Source: the human T2T-CHM13v2.0 reference genome, Homo sapiens
Reading direction: 5' to 3' (one strand)
Length of the DNA stretch: 64,000 bases
Assembly (NCBI RefSeq): GCF_009914755.1
Contig: NC_060948.1
Shown here: piece by piece, positions 1 through 12,728 of the stretch
Position numbering within the stretch: the first letter of the stretch is position 1
How the letters are laid out: each line of letters begins with the position of its first letter
Made by a program: the position numbers and the translations under genes
The notes under the pieces: model-generated
Database searches by the model: none
The model's input: the letters and a program-made list of their open reading frames with translations, nothing else
What the model was told of the DNA's origin: nothing

Positions 1-2755
1 AATTTGTTATAATTTCTATTCTTTTACATTTGCTGAGGAGTGCTTTACTTCCAAGTATGTGGTCAATTTTGGAAAAAGAGTGGTGTGGTGCTAAAAAGAA
101 TGTGCATTCTGTTGATTTGGGGTGGAGAGTTCTGTAGATGTCTATTAGGTTCACTGTGTGCAGAGCTGAGTTCAATTCCTGGATATCCTTTTTAGCTTTC
201 TGTCTTGTTGATCTGTCTAATGTTGAAGTGGAGTGTTAACATCTCCCATTATTGTTGTGTGGAAGTCTAAGTCTCATTATAGGTCACTAAGGACTTGCTT
301 TATGAATCTGGGTGCTCCCATATTGGGTGCATATACATTTAGGGTAGTTAGGTCTTCTTGTTGAATTGATCCCTTTAGCATTATGTAATGGCCTTCTTTG
401 CCTCTTTTGATGTTGTTTCATTTAAAGTCTGTTTTATCAGAGACTAGGATTGCAACCCCTGCTTTTTTTGTTTTCCATTTGCTTGGTAGATCTTCCTCCA
501 TCCCTTTGTTTTGAGCCTATGTGTGTCTCTGCCTGTGAGATGGGTTTCCTGAATACAGCACACTGATGGGTCTTGATTCTTTATCCAATTTACCAGTCTG
601 TGCCTTTTAATTTGAGCATTTAACCCATTTGCATTTTAGGTTAGTATTGTTATGTGTGAATTTTATCCTGTCATTATGATATTAACTAGTTAGTTGATGG
701 AGTTTCTTCCTAACCTTGATGGTCTTTATAATTTGCATGTTTTTGCAGTGGCTGCTACTGGTCGTTCCTTTCCACATTTAATGCTTCCTTCAGGACCTCT
801 TTTAGGGCAGACATGGTGGTGACAAAATCTCTCAGCATTTGCTTGTCTGTAAAGTACTTTATTTCTTCTTCACTTATGAAGCATAGTTTGGCTTGATATG
901 AAATTCTGGGTAGAAAATTCTTTTCTTTAAGAATATTGAATATTGGCCCCCACTCTCTTCTGGCTTGTAGAGTTTCTGCTGAGAGATGAGCTGTTAGTCT
1001 GATGGGTTTCCGTTTGTGGGTAACCCGACCTTTCTCTCTGGCTGCCCTTTACATTTTTTCCTTCTTTTCAACTTTGGTGAATCTGACAATTATATGTCTT
1101 GGAGTTGCTCTTCTTGATGAGTATCTTTGTGGCATTCTCTGTATTTCCTGAATTTGAATGTTGGCCTGAATTGTTAGATTGGGGAAGTTGTCCAGGATAA
1201 TATCCTGCAGAATGTTTTCCAACTTGGTTCCATTCTCCCTGTCACTTTCAGGTACACCAATTAGACATAGATTTGGTCTTTTCACATAGTCCCATATTTT
1301 TGGAAATTTTGTTCATTTCTTTTTATTCTTTTTTCTCTAAACTGATCTTCACACTTCATTTCATCTTCCATTGCTGATACCCTTTCTTCCAGTTGATTGC
1401 ATCAGTTACTGAGGTTTGTGCATTCAGCACGTTGTTCTCGCGCCATGTTTTTCAACTCCATCAGGTTCTCTAAGGACTTTCTTCATTGGTTATTCTAGTT
1501 ATCCATTGATCTAATTTTTTTTCAAAGTTTTTAACTTCTTTGCCATTGGTTCAAACTTCCTCCTTTAGCTCAGGGTAGTTTGACCTTCTGAAGTCTTCCT
1601 CTCACAATTCGTGAAAGTCATTCTCTGTCCATCTTTGTTCCATTGCTGGTGAGGAGCTGCATTCCTTTGAAGGACGAGAGGTGCTCTGATTTTTAGAGTT
1701 TCCCGTTTTTCTGCTCTGTTTTTTCCCCATCTTTGTGGTTTTATCTACCTTTAGTCTTTGATGATGGTGACGTACAGATGGGTTTCTGGTGTGGATGTCC
1801 TTTCTGTTTGTTAGTTTTCATTCTAGCCATCAGGACCCTCAGCTGCAGGTCTGTTGGAGTTTACTCAAGGTCCACTCCAGACCCTGTTTGCCTGGGTGTC
1901 AGCAGTGGTGGCTGCAAAACAGTGGATATTGGTGAACCGCAAATGCTGCTGCCTAATCATTCCTCTGGATGTTTTGGCTCAGAGGCGTACCCGGCCCGGT
2001 AAGGTGTCAGTCTGCCTGTACTGATGGGTGCCTCCCAGTTAGGCTACTCAGGAGTCAGTGACCCACTTGAGGAGGCAGTTTGCCCATTCTCATATCTCCA
2101 GCTGTGTGCTGGGAGAACCACTAGTCTTCCAAACTCTCAGACAGGGACATTTAAGTCTGCAGAGGTTATTGCTGTCTTTTGTTTGTCTGTGCCCTGCCCC
2201 CAGAGGTGGAGCCTACAGAAGCAGGCAGGCCTCCTTGAGCTGTGGTGGGCTCCACCCAGTTCAAGCTTCCCAGCCACTTTGTTTACCTACTCAAGCCTGA
2301 GCAATGGCGGGTGTCCCTCCCCCAGCCTCACTGCCACCTTGCATTTTGATCTCAGACTGCTGTTCTAGCAATGAGTGAGGCTCAGTGGGCATAGAACCCT
2401 CTGAGCCATGTGTGGGACATAATCTCCTGGCGTGCCATTTCTGAAGCCCATTGGAAAAGCACAGTATTAATGTGGGAGTGACCTGATTTTCGAGGTGCCG
2501 TCTGTTGCCCATTTCTTTGACTAGGAAAGGGAATTCCCTGACCTCTTGAGCTTCCTGGGTGAGGTGATGCCTCACCCTGCTTCAGCTCATGCACAGTGTG
2601 CTCCACCCACTGTCCTGCACCCACTGTCTGGCACTCCACAGTGAGATGAACCCAGTACCTCAGTTAGAAATGCAGAAATCACCCATCTTCTGCATTGGTC
2701 ATGGTGGAAGCTGTAGAGTGGAGCTGTTCCTATTTGGCCATCTTGGCTGCACCCC
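1..2755 (-). mobile_element. LINE-1 (L1PA5-like): 5'UTR, disrupted ORF1 and start of ORF2; continues beyond window start
   Basis: Minus strand begins GGGGTGCAGCCAAGATGGCCAAATAGGAACAGCTCC at ~2755. ORF1 peptide KRPNLCLIGVPESDRENGTKLENILQDII at 1049-1285. Endonuclease-coding sequence lies near 1-680. Subfamily is estimated from the 5'UTR. Confidence 0.95.
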
Positions 2756-5700
2756 TCTTTCTTATTTTCATCAGGGGATATTTGCTTTCTCCTCATAGGC
2801 CACAATGGGCCCTGAATGTACCTTCACAGATTTTCCAAAAAGAGTTCTGTCAACCTGATGAATCAAATGAAAGGTTTAACTCTTTCATTAATCTTTACAT
2901 CACAAAGCAGTTACACAGACAGCTTCTTTCAGTTTTTATGTAGGGGTATTCAATTTTTCCTTTAGGCCTGAATGGGCTCCCAAAAGTCCCTTTGCTGATT
3001 CTACAAATAGAATGTTTCCAACCTGCTGAATCAAAGGAAGGATTTACCTCTGAGATGAATCCACACATCATAGAGCACTTTCCCAGATACCTACTTTCTA
3101 GTTTTTACCTGGGCATATTCGTCTTCATCAGCCAGGAGTTACATAGACAGCTTCTTTCTAGTTTTTATCTGGGCATATTTTTTTTTCCATTGGGCCTCAA
3201 AGGGGCTCCCAAATGTCCCTTCACAGATTATCCAAAAAGATTGTTTTTAACCTGCTGACTCAAAAGAATGGTGTAAACCTTTGAGATGAATCCAGAAATC
3301 ATTGAGCAGTTTGACAAATAGCTTCTTTCTAGCTTTTACCTGGGGCTATTACGTTGTTCTCCATGGTTCTCAACGGTCTCTCAAATGTCCACTGTCAGAT
3401 TTTCCAAAAACCGCGTTTCCAACCTGCTGAATCAAAAGAAAGGCTTAACTCAGTGAGATGAAAGCGCAAATCCCAAAGTAGTTTCCCAGATATCATCTTT
3501 CTAGTTTTTACCTGTGGATATTAGGATTTTCCCAATAGGTCTCAATGGGGGTCCAAAATGTCCCTTTGCAGATTCTCCAAAAAGAGTGTTTCCAACCTAT
3601 TGAATCAAAAGAAAGGCTTAACTCAGTGAGACGAAAACACAAATCACAAAGCAGTTTCCCAGATATCGTCTTTCTAGTTTTTAACTGAGGATATTAGAAT
3701 TTTCCTGAAAGGCCTTAATGGGACCCAAAATGTCTCTTTGCAGATACTGCTGAATCAAAGGAAATGTTTAACTCTGTGAGATTATTCCACACATCACAAA
3801 GCAGTTTCACAGACAGCCTCTTCCTAGTTTTTATCTAGAATTTTTTTTTTCATGGGCCTCAATGGGCTCCCAAATATCCCTTCACATGTTCTCCAAAAAG
3901 AGTGTTTCCAACCTGCTGTATCAAAAGAAAGATTTAACTCAGTGAGATGAATCCACACATGACAAGGCAGTGCCACAGATGTCTTCTTTCTGGTTTTTAC
4001 CTGGGGTTATTCTGTTTATCCCCATAGGCTGCAATGGGCTCCCAAATGTCCCTTTGCAGATTCTCCTAATAGGGTGTTTACGATCTGTTGAATCAAAATA
4101 AATGTTTAAATCTGTGAGATGAATCTATACATCACAAAGCAGATTCAGAGATAGCTTCTTTCTAGTTTTTACCTAAGGCTATTCAGTTTTTCCCCATGGG
4201 CCTCAGTGGGATCCAAAATATTCCTTTGCACATTCTCCAAAAAAGAGTGTTTCCAACCTCCTGAATCAAAAAAAAAAGTTTTAACTTGGTGACATGAATC
4301 CACACATGACAAAGCAGTTTCATAGATAGCTTCTCTCTAGTTCTTACTTGGGGATATTCGGTTTTCTTTCATGGGCTTCAATGGGGTCAAAAATGTCCCC
4401 AGGCAGAATCTCCAAAAGAGTGTTTCCAATCTGCCGAATCAAAAGAAAGGTATACCTCTGTGAGATGAATCCGTATCACAAAGCAGTTTCCCAGATAGCT
4501 ATTATCTAGTTTTTAACTGGGGATATTAGTTTTTTTTTCCCCCCCATGGGCCTCAATTTTATCCAAAATGGCCTTTCACAGTTTATCCAATAAACGTGTT
4601 TCCAACTGGCTGTCAAAAGAGAGGTTTAATTCTGTGAGATGAATCCACACATCACCAAGCAGTTTCACAGATAGTTTTTTTCTAGTTGTTATCATGAAAT
4701 ATTCTGTTTTCACCATGGGCCTCAATGTGTTACCAGATATCCTTTTGCAGATTCTCCAAAAATAGTGCTTGCAATATGCTGAATCAACAGAAAACTTTAT
4801 CTCTGTGAGATGAATTTACAGATGACAAAGGAGTTTCACAGATAGTTTGCTTTTTGTTTTACCCTGTGATACTCAGTTTTTGCCCATAGGCCTCAATGAG
4901 CTTCCAAATGTCCTTTCAAATATTGTCAAGAAAGAGCTTTCAACCTGCTGAATAACAGAAAGGTTTAACTCTGAGATAAATCCACACATAAAAAGCAGTT
5001 TCACAGATAGCTTCTTTCTGGTTTTTACCTGGCTATATTCGTTTTTTTGTTTTTTATGGGCCTCAGTGGGCTCTCTGATGTCCCTTCACAGATTATCTAA
5101 AATAGTGTTTCCAACCTGCTAAACCAAAGAAAGGTTTAACTCTGTGGGATGAATCCACACATCCCAAAACAGTTTTAGAGATAGCGTCTTTCTAGTTTTT
5201 ATCTGTATTTGTTTTTCCCCATGGGCCTCAAAGGCCCTCAACTGCCCTTGGCAGATTCTCCAAAAAGAGTGTTTCCAACCTGGTGAATCAAAAGAAATGT
5301 TTAATTCTGTGTAATGAATCCACACATCAAAAAGCATTTTCACAGATAGCTTCATTCTAGTTTTTATTATGGGATATTCAGGTTTTCCCCATGGGCCTGA
5401 ATGGATTCCAAATTGTCCATTCACAGATTCTCCAAAAAGAGCGATTCCAACTTGTGGGATCAAAAGAAAGCTTTAACTCTGTTAGATGAATTTACATGTC
5501 ACAAAGCAATTTCACAGATACTTTGTTTCCCTTATTTACATAGGGATACTTTTTTCCCCATGGGCCTTAATGGACTCTAAAATGTCCTTTCACAGATTCT
5601 CAAAAAAGACAGTTTTCAAACTGTTGAATCAAAAGGAAAGTTTAACTCCATGAGCTAAATCTGCACATCACAAAGCAGTTTCACAGATAGCTTCTTCCTA

Positions 5701-8700
5701 GTTTTTATCTGGAAATTTTCCATTGATTTTAATTTGGGATCTATGGTCTCCCAATTATCCCATTGATTCTCCAAAAAGAGTATTTCCATCCTACTGAATG
5801 CAGAGAAAGGTTTAACTTGGTGAGATGAATCCACACATCACAAGACAGTGCCACAGATAGCTTCTTTCTACTTTTTACCTCGGGATATTCAATTTTATGG
5901 CCATATGATGCAATGGGCTCCGAAATGTCCCTTTGTAGATTCTCCAAAAACAGTGTTCCCAACCTGCTGAATCAAAAGAAAGTTTTAACACTTTGAGATG
6001 AATCTACACATCCCAAAGCAGTTTCACCGATAGGTAGTCTTTACTTCTTTATCTGTGGATATTTGTTTTTTTCCCCTGCGCCTCATTGCATTTCCAAATA
6101 TCTCTTCACACATTCTACAAAAACAGGTTTCCAACATGATCAATTAAAAGAAAGGTTTTTGTCTGTGAGATGAATCTACACATCACAAAGCAGTTTTACA
6201 GATACTTTCTTTCTAGTTTTTACCTACGGATATTTGGTTTTTCCCCATGGACCTCATTGGTATCCAAAATACCCCTTCACAGATATTCCAGAAAAAGTGT
6301 TTCCAAATGCTTGAATCAAAAAAAAAAAAAAAAAAAAAAGGTTTAACTCTGTGAGATAAATCCATGCATCACAAATAAGTTTCACAGATTCTTTCTAGTT
6401 TTTATCTGGGGATATTAGTTGTTTTTCCTTGGACCTCACTAGGCTCCCAAATATGCCTTTGCAGATTCTCCAAAAAGAGTGTTTCCAACCTGCTGAATCA
6501 AAAGAAAGATTTAACTCTGTTAGATGAATCCACACATCACAAAGCTGTTTCACAGGTGTCTTCCTTATAGTTTTTGCCTTGGGATATTCTGTTTTTTTCC
6601 TTATAGGTCTCAATGGGCTCCCAAATGTCTCTTCACAGATTCTCCAAAAGAAGTGTCTCCAACCAGCTGAATCAAAAGAAATGTTTAATCCTGCAAGATG
6701 AATTCACACTCACAAAGCCATTTCAAAGATAGCTTCTTTTTAATTTTTATCAGGGCATATTCTGTTTTTCCCCATAGTCTCAAAGGGCTCCCAAATATCC
6801 CTTCACAGATTCTCCCAAAAGAGTGTTTCCAACCAGTTGAATAAAAAGGAAGGTTTAACTTTGTGAGATAAATCCACACATCACAAATCCATTTCACAGA
6901 TAGAGTCTTTCTTGTTTTTACCTGGGAATACTCTGTTTTTCCCCACAGTCATCAATGAGCTCCAAAATGTCCCTTTGCAGATTCTACAAAAAGTGTTGCA
7001 ACCTGCTGTATCAAAAGAAAAATTTACTTCTGTGAGGTGAATCCACACATCACAAAGTAATTTCACAGATAGCTTCATTCTAGTTTTTAACTGAAAATAC
7101 TTGGTTTTTCTGCATAGTCCAGTTGGAGCACAGAAATGGCCCTTCACAGATTCTCCAAAAAGAATGTTTCCACCTGATGAATAAAAAGAAAAGTATAATT
7201 CTGTGAGAAGAATCTACCCATCACAAAGCATTTTCACAGATAGCTTCCGTCTGGTTTTTGTCTTGGGATATTCGTTCTTTTCCAATAATTGTCCATGGGA
7301 TCCCAAATGTCATTTTGTAGATTTTTCAAAAAGAGTATTTTCAATCTCCTGAATAAAAAGAAAGGTTTATCTCTGTGACATGAATCCAGATATCACAAAG
7401 AAGTTTCACGGATACCTTCTTTCTAGTTTTATCTGGGGATATTTGGTTTCACCCCATAGACCTCAAGGGTCTCCAAAATGTCCCTTTGTAGATTATGCAT
7501 AAAGAGTGTTTCAAAACCTGTGGAATCAGGAGAAAAGTTTAACACTGAGAGATGAAAATATGTATCACAAAAAGTTCCTCAGATAGCTTCTTTGTTGTTT
7601 TTATCTGGGTATATGTGGTTATTCCCCTTTGGCCTGAAAGGGCTCCCAAATATTCAATCGCATATTTTCTGAAAAGAGTGCTTTCAACTTGCTGAATCAA
7701 AAGAAATGTTTGCCTTTGTAAGATGAATCCACATATCACAAAAAAGTTTGACAGACTATCTTCTTTCTAGTTTTTATCTGACGATATTCAGTTTTGCCCC
7801 ACAGACCTCCAGGAGCTCCCAAATGTCCCTTTGCAGATTCTACAAAAAGACTGTTTCCAACCTGCTGAACTGAAAGAAAGGTTCAACTCTGTGAGATGAA
7901 TGCGCACATCTCAAATCATTTTCACAGATAGTTTGTTTTTAGTTTTTATATGAATATATTTGGGTTTTCCTCGACTGCATCAATTGGCTCATAAATGTGC
8001 CTTTGCAGATCCTCCAAAAGCAGTGTTTTCCACCTGCTGAATCAAAAGAAAAAATTAATTCTGTGAGATGAATCCATACATCAAAAAGCACAAATAGCTT
8101 TCTTCTAGTTTTTATCTGTGGATATTTGTTCTTTCCCAGTAATTCTCAATGGGCTCCAAAGTGTTCCTTTGCAGATCCTACAAAAAGGGTGTTCCCAATC
8201 TGCTGAAGGAAAAGAAAAAAAATACTGTTTTAAGATGAATCTACATGTCTGAAAGTTTCACAGATAGGTTCTTTCTAGTTTTACCTGGGGATATTCGATT
8301 TGTCCCCATAGACCTCAATGGGTGTTCAAATGTCCCTTTGCAGATTCTCCAAAAAGAGTGTTGTAAACGAGCTAAATGAAAAGAAAGATTTAACTCTGTT
8401 CAATGAATCCACACATCACAAAGCAGTTTTACAAATACTTTATTTCTAGGTTTTATCTGGGGCTATTCTCTTTCTCCCCCAGGCCTCAATGAGCTCCCAA
8501 ATGTCTGTTCACAGACTCTACACAGAGTGTTTCCAACCTGCTGAATCAAAAGAATGTTTTAAATCTGTGAAATGAATCCACACATCACAAAGCAGTTTCA
8601 CAGATGGCTTCTTTGTAGTTTTTATCTGAAGATATTCTGTTTTTTTATATTGATCCTCAATGGGCTCTGAAATTTATCCTCATAGACTATACAAAAAGAG

Positions 8701-11700
8701 TATTTTCAACATGCTGAATCAAAAGAAATATTTAACTCTGTCAGGTGAGTCCACACATCATGAAGCACTTTCACAGAGACCTTCTTTCTAGTATTTTTCT
8801 GGGATATTCTGCCTTTCTACATAATCGTCAATGGGTGCCAAATGTCCCTTTGCAGATACCGCAAAAAGAGTGTTTCCAAACTGCTGAATTGTAAGAAAGG
8901 TTTAACTCTGTGAGACGAATCGATACATCACAAAGCTGTTTCACACATAGCTGCTTTTTAATCTTTATCTGGGGATATTCTCTTTCTGCCTTTAGACATC
9001 AAAAGACTTCCAAATATCCCTTCACAGATTCTCCAAAAATAGTAATTCCAACCTGCTGAATAAGAAAACGTTAACTCTGTGAGACGTATCCCCACATCAC
9101 AAAGAAGTATCACACAGAGCTTCTTTGTAGTTTTTATCTGGGTATATTCTTTTTTTCCCTATAGGCCTCAATGGGCTCCAAAATATCCCTTTGCAGATTC
9201 TACAAAGAAAATGTTTCCAACCTGCTGAATAAGAAGAAAAATTTAACTCTGTGAGATTAATCAAAGCAGTTACTCTGATACCTTCTTTCTAGTTTCTTAT
9301 CTGGGGATTTTCCGTTTTACCCGTAGGCCTTAATGGGCTCCAAAATGTCCCTTTGCCAATTACCCAAAAAGACTGTTCACAATCTGCTGAATCAAAGGAA
9401 AGTTTTAATGCTGTGAGCTGAATGCAAACATCACAAAGCTGTTTCACAGAGTTTCTTTCTAGTTTTTATCTGGGGATATTCAGTATTTCCCCATAGGCCT
9501 CAATGGGTTACAAATTGTCACTTCATAGATTTTCAAAAAGAGTGTTTCCAACTTGCCAAATCAAAAGAAAGATTGAGTATTGTGAGATGAATCCACACAT
9601 CATGAAGCCGTTTCAGGAATATATTTTTTCTAGTTTTTATCTGCGTATATTCCATTTTTCCCCACAGTCCCCAGTGTGCTCTGAAATGTCCCATCACATA
9701 TTCTCCAAAATGAGTGTTTATAACCAGCTGAATCAAAAGAATGGCTTAACACTGTGAGATGAATCCACACATCACAAAGAAGTTTCACAGGTAGATTCCT
9801 TCTAGGTTTTATCTGGGGATATTCAGTTTTGTTCCATAGGCCTCCATGGGCTTCCAAATGTCCCTTCACAGATTCTCCAAAAACAGTGTTTCCAACCTGC
9901 TGAATGAAAAGAAAGGTTCAAGTTGGTGAGAAGAATCCATGGATCACAAAGCAGTTTCACAGATAACTTCTTGTAAATTTTTAACTGTGTGTATTTGATT
10001 TTTCCCTGGTAGCATCACTGGGCTCCCAAATTCACAGATTCTCCAAAACGAGTGTTTCCCTCCTGCTGAAAGAAAATAATTAATTCTGTGAGATGAATCC
10101 ACACATCAAAAGGCAATTTCACAGATAGCCTCCTTCAAGTTTTTATCTGGGAATATCCAGTTTTTTCTCCATAGGCATAAGCAAGCCCTCAAACATCCTT
10201 TTGCACATTTTAAAAAAAAAAAGATGATTCCAAACTGCTGAATCAAAAGAAAAATTTCCTTCTGTAACATGAATCCACATGTCACAAACAGTTTCACAGA
10301 TAGCTTCTTTCTAGTTTATCTAAGGATATTCAATTTTTTTTCCCATAGGCTTCTAGGGGAGTTAAAATGACCATTCATAGATTCTGGAAAAGGAGTGTTT
10401 TCAACCTACTGAATAAACCAAAGCTTTTAATCTGTAAGATGAATCCGCACATCACAAAGCATCTTCACAGAGCTTTATTCTAGTTTTTATCTGGGTTTAT
10501 TCAGGTTTTCCCCTTATGCTGCAATTGGCTCCCAGGTTTCTCTTTGCAGATTCTACAGAAAGAGTGTTTCCAAACTGCTGAATCATAAGAAAGCTTTTTC
10601 TCTTTGAGAGGACTCCACACATCACAAAGCAGTTTCATATATAGCTTTTGTCTAATTTTTATTTGGGTATATTCATTTTTTCTCAATAGGCCTCAATGGG
10701 CTCCCAAATGTTTCTCTGCAGGTTTTCTAAAAACAGTGTTTACACTTTGATGAATCAAAGGAAAGCTTTAAGTCTGTGAGAGGAATCCACACATCAGAAA
10801 GAGGTTTAAGAGATAGCTTCTTTTGACTTTTTATTTGGGTATATTCAGTTTTTCTGCATAGGCCTCAATAGGCTTCCAAATGTCCCTAAACAGATTCTTA
10901 ATTAGAGTCTATCCAACCTGCTAGACCGAAAGAAATGTTTAACTCTATGAGATAAATCCATACATCACAAGGCAGTTTCACAGACTGCTTCTTTCTAGTT
11001 TTCATCTTGGGATATTTGGTTCTTTCCAATAGACCTCAATGTCTCCCAAATGTCCTTTGCAGGCTTCTCCAAAATAAGTGTTTCCAACCTGCTGAATCAA
11101 AAGAAAGGTTTAAACCTATGAGGTGAATCCACACATCACAAAGCAGTTTCACACATAGCTTCTTTCTAATTTTTATTCAGGGCTATCTTGTTTTTTTCAC
11201 CATAGGCCTGAATGGTCCTCCAAATGTCACTTCACAGACTGTCTAAGAAGTGTTTACAGCCTGCTGAATAAAAAAAATAGATTTAACACTGCAAGATGAA
11301 TCCACACGTCAAAAAGCAGTTTCACACATAGCTTCTTTCTAGTTTTTATCTGGAGATATTTGTTTGTTTGTTTGTTTGTTTCCATTGGCCTTAACGGACT
11401 CCCAAATGTCCCTTTGAAGATTCTCCAAAAAGAGTGTTTTCCACCTGCTGAATCAAAAGAAAAGTTTACTTCTGTGAGATGAGCCCACATACCTCAAAGC
11501 AGTTTCACAAATAGCTTCTTTCTAGTTCTTATCTGGGGATTCTCTTTTGCCACATAGGCAACAATGAGCTGCAAAATGTCCCTTTGCAGATTTTCCAAAA
11601 AGAGTGTTTCCAACCTGCTGAATCAAAAGAAAAGTTTAACTCTGTAAGTTGAATCCACACATCACAAAGCAGTTTCATAGATAGCATCTTTCTAGTTTTT

Positions 11701-11780
11701 CTCTAGGGTTATTCTGTTTTTTTCCCCATAGGCCTCAATGAGCTCCAAAATGTTACTACACAGATTCTTTTAAAAGATTT
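2756..11780. repeat. Monomeric, diverged (old-layer) alpha satellite, ~171-172 bp units, roughly 50 monomers, reverse orientation to the ALR consensus
   Basis: Recurring TTCCAACCTGCTGAATCAAAAGAAAGGTTTAACTCTGTGAGATGAATCCACACATCACAAAGCAGTTTCACAGATAGCTTCTTTCTAG at ~172 bp spacing. The box position reads TTTTTCCCCATAGG (A-type). No CENP-B box seen. Confidence 0.96.
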
Positions 11781-11929
11781 TTTTCCTTAGCAGAAAAAAC
11801 CTGAATTTGAGAAAAATATGCAGAGAATCATAAAAATAAGCACAACTTATATAACACAGACAGAACAACAGTAAAAAAAAAAAGCCTACTTTAAAAAACA
11901 AAATGGAAATATAATTACTAAAAATAAAA

Positions 11930-12227
11930 GGCCTGGCATGGTGGCTCATGCCTGCAATCCCAGTGCTTTGGGAGGCTGAGATGGGTGGATCACGAGGTCA
12001 GCAGATCACCCTGGCTAATAGTGAAACCCCATCCCTACTAAAAATACAAAAACAAAATAGCCGGGTGTGATGGTGGGCACCTGTAGTCCCAGCTACTCAG
12101 GAAGCTGAGGCAGGAGAATGGCATGAACCCAGGAGGCAGAGCTTGCAGTTAGTTGAGACTACATCACTGCACTCCAGCCTGGGTGACAGAACGAGACTCC
12201 ATCTCAAAAAAAAAAAAAAAAAAAAAA
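11930..12227 (+). mobile_element. Alu (AluY/Sc-like)
   Basis: GGCCTGGCATGGTGGCTCATGCC start, TACTAAAAATACAAAAA linker, poly(A) ending at 12227. Confidence 0.95.
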
Positions 12228-12509
12228 TTCTCATTATTCAAAGACTGAATTGCATTTCCGTGTCACACAAATGTGATTATATCTACCATGGTTTGAAAAC
12301 AAACAAACAAAAAGTAGTAAATATTATTAACTAAAATTTCAAGTTACTAGATAGCAAGCACAGTAAACATGCCAGTCATAGTATCTCACATATTCTACCC
12401 GTATCATCAAAATGCAGTCCTGATAAAAATCTCATGAAAGTACACTAATTTCAGGAAGAATAACAGTATTTACTATCAGACCATTAAAAAAATTATAATT
12501 AAAACTTAC

Positions 12510-12728
12510 CTCACAATTTTGTTCCTCATCTTTGAACAATCATCATCTTTATCACTAACTGTTTTTTCAATTGTAGAAATACTGTTTCTGATGACTAGGA
12601 TTATATATAGTTGCTGGATCACAGAATTTATGTGAAAAGTAGCACCAGCTTCTCTGAGTCCCACCAATTTTTTGGTGGGCAGGATCCAACAGAGGGCAGA
12701 TATTCCTGTTCACTGAGTGCTTCACAAG
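12510..12728 (-). pseudogene. USP9Y: USP9Y/USP9X-derived pseudo-exon (catalytic Cys-box exon), frameshifted
   Basis: Translates [41 protein letters not shown] versus recalled USP9 [42 protein letters not shown]. Bounded by ttttttcttag acceptor and gtaagt donor. 1-nt deletion after PPK. Confidence 0.9.

Noticed and set aside
2992-11490. Repeated ORFs with a 'CDVWIHLTELNLSFDSAGWKHSFWRI' motif as a repeat-protein family
   Set aside because: These are chance translations of alphoid monomers, broken by stops and frameshifts.
2756-11780. Regularly spaced repeats as a CRISPR array or novel repeat system
   Set aside because: The whole ~172-bp unit repeats with no unique spacers, it matches alpha satellite, and no cas genes are present in this primate DNA.
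2756-11780. Active centromeric higher-order array or CENP-B boxes
   Set aside because: Monomers are highly diverged, no multimer period is visible by eye, and no CCCGnnTnnnnCGAA motif was seen at the box position.
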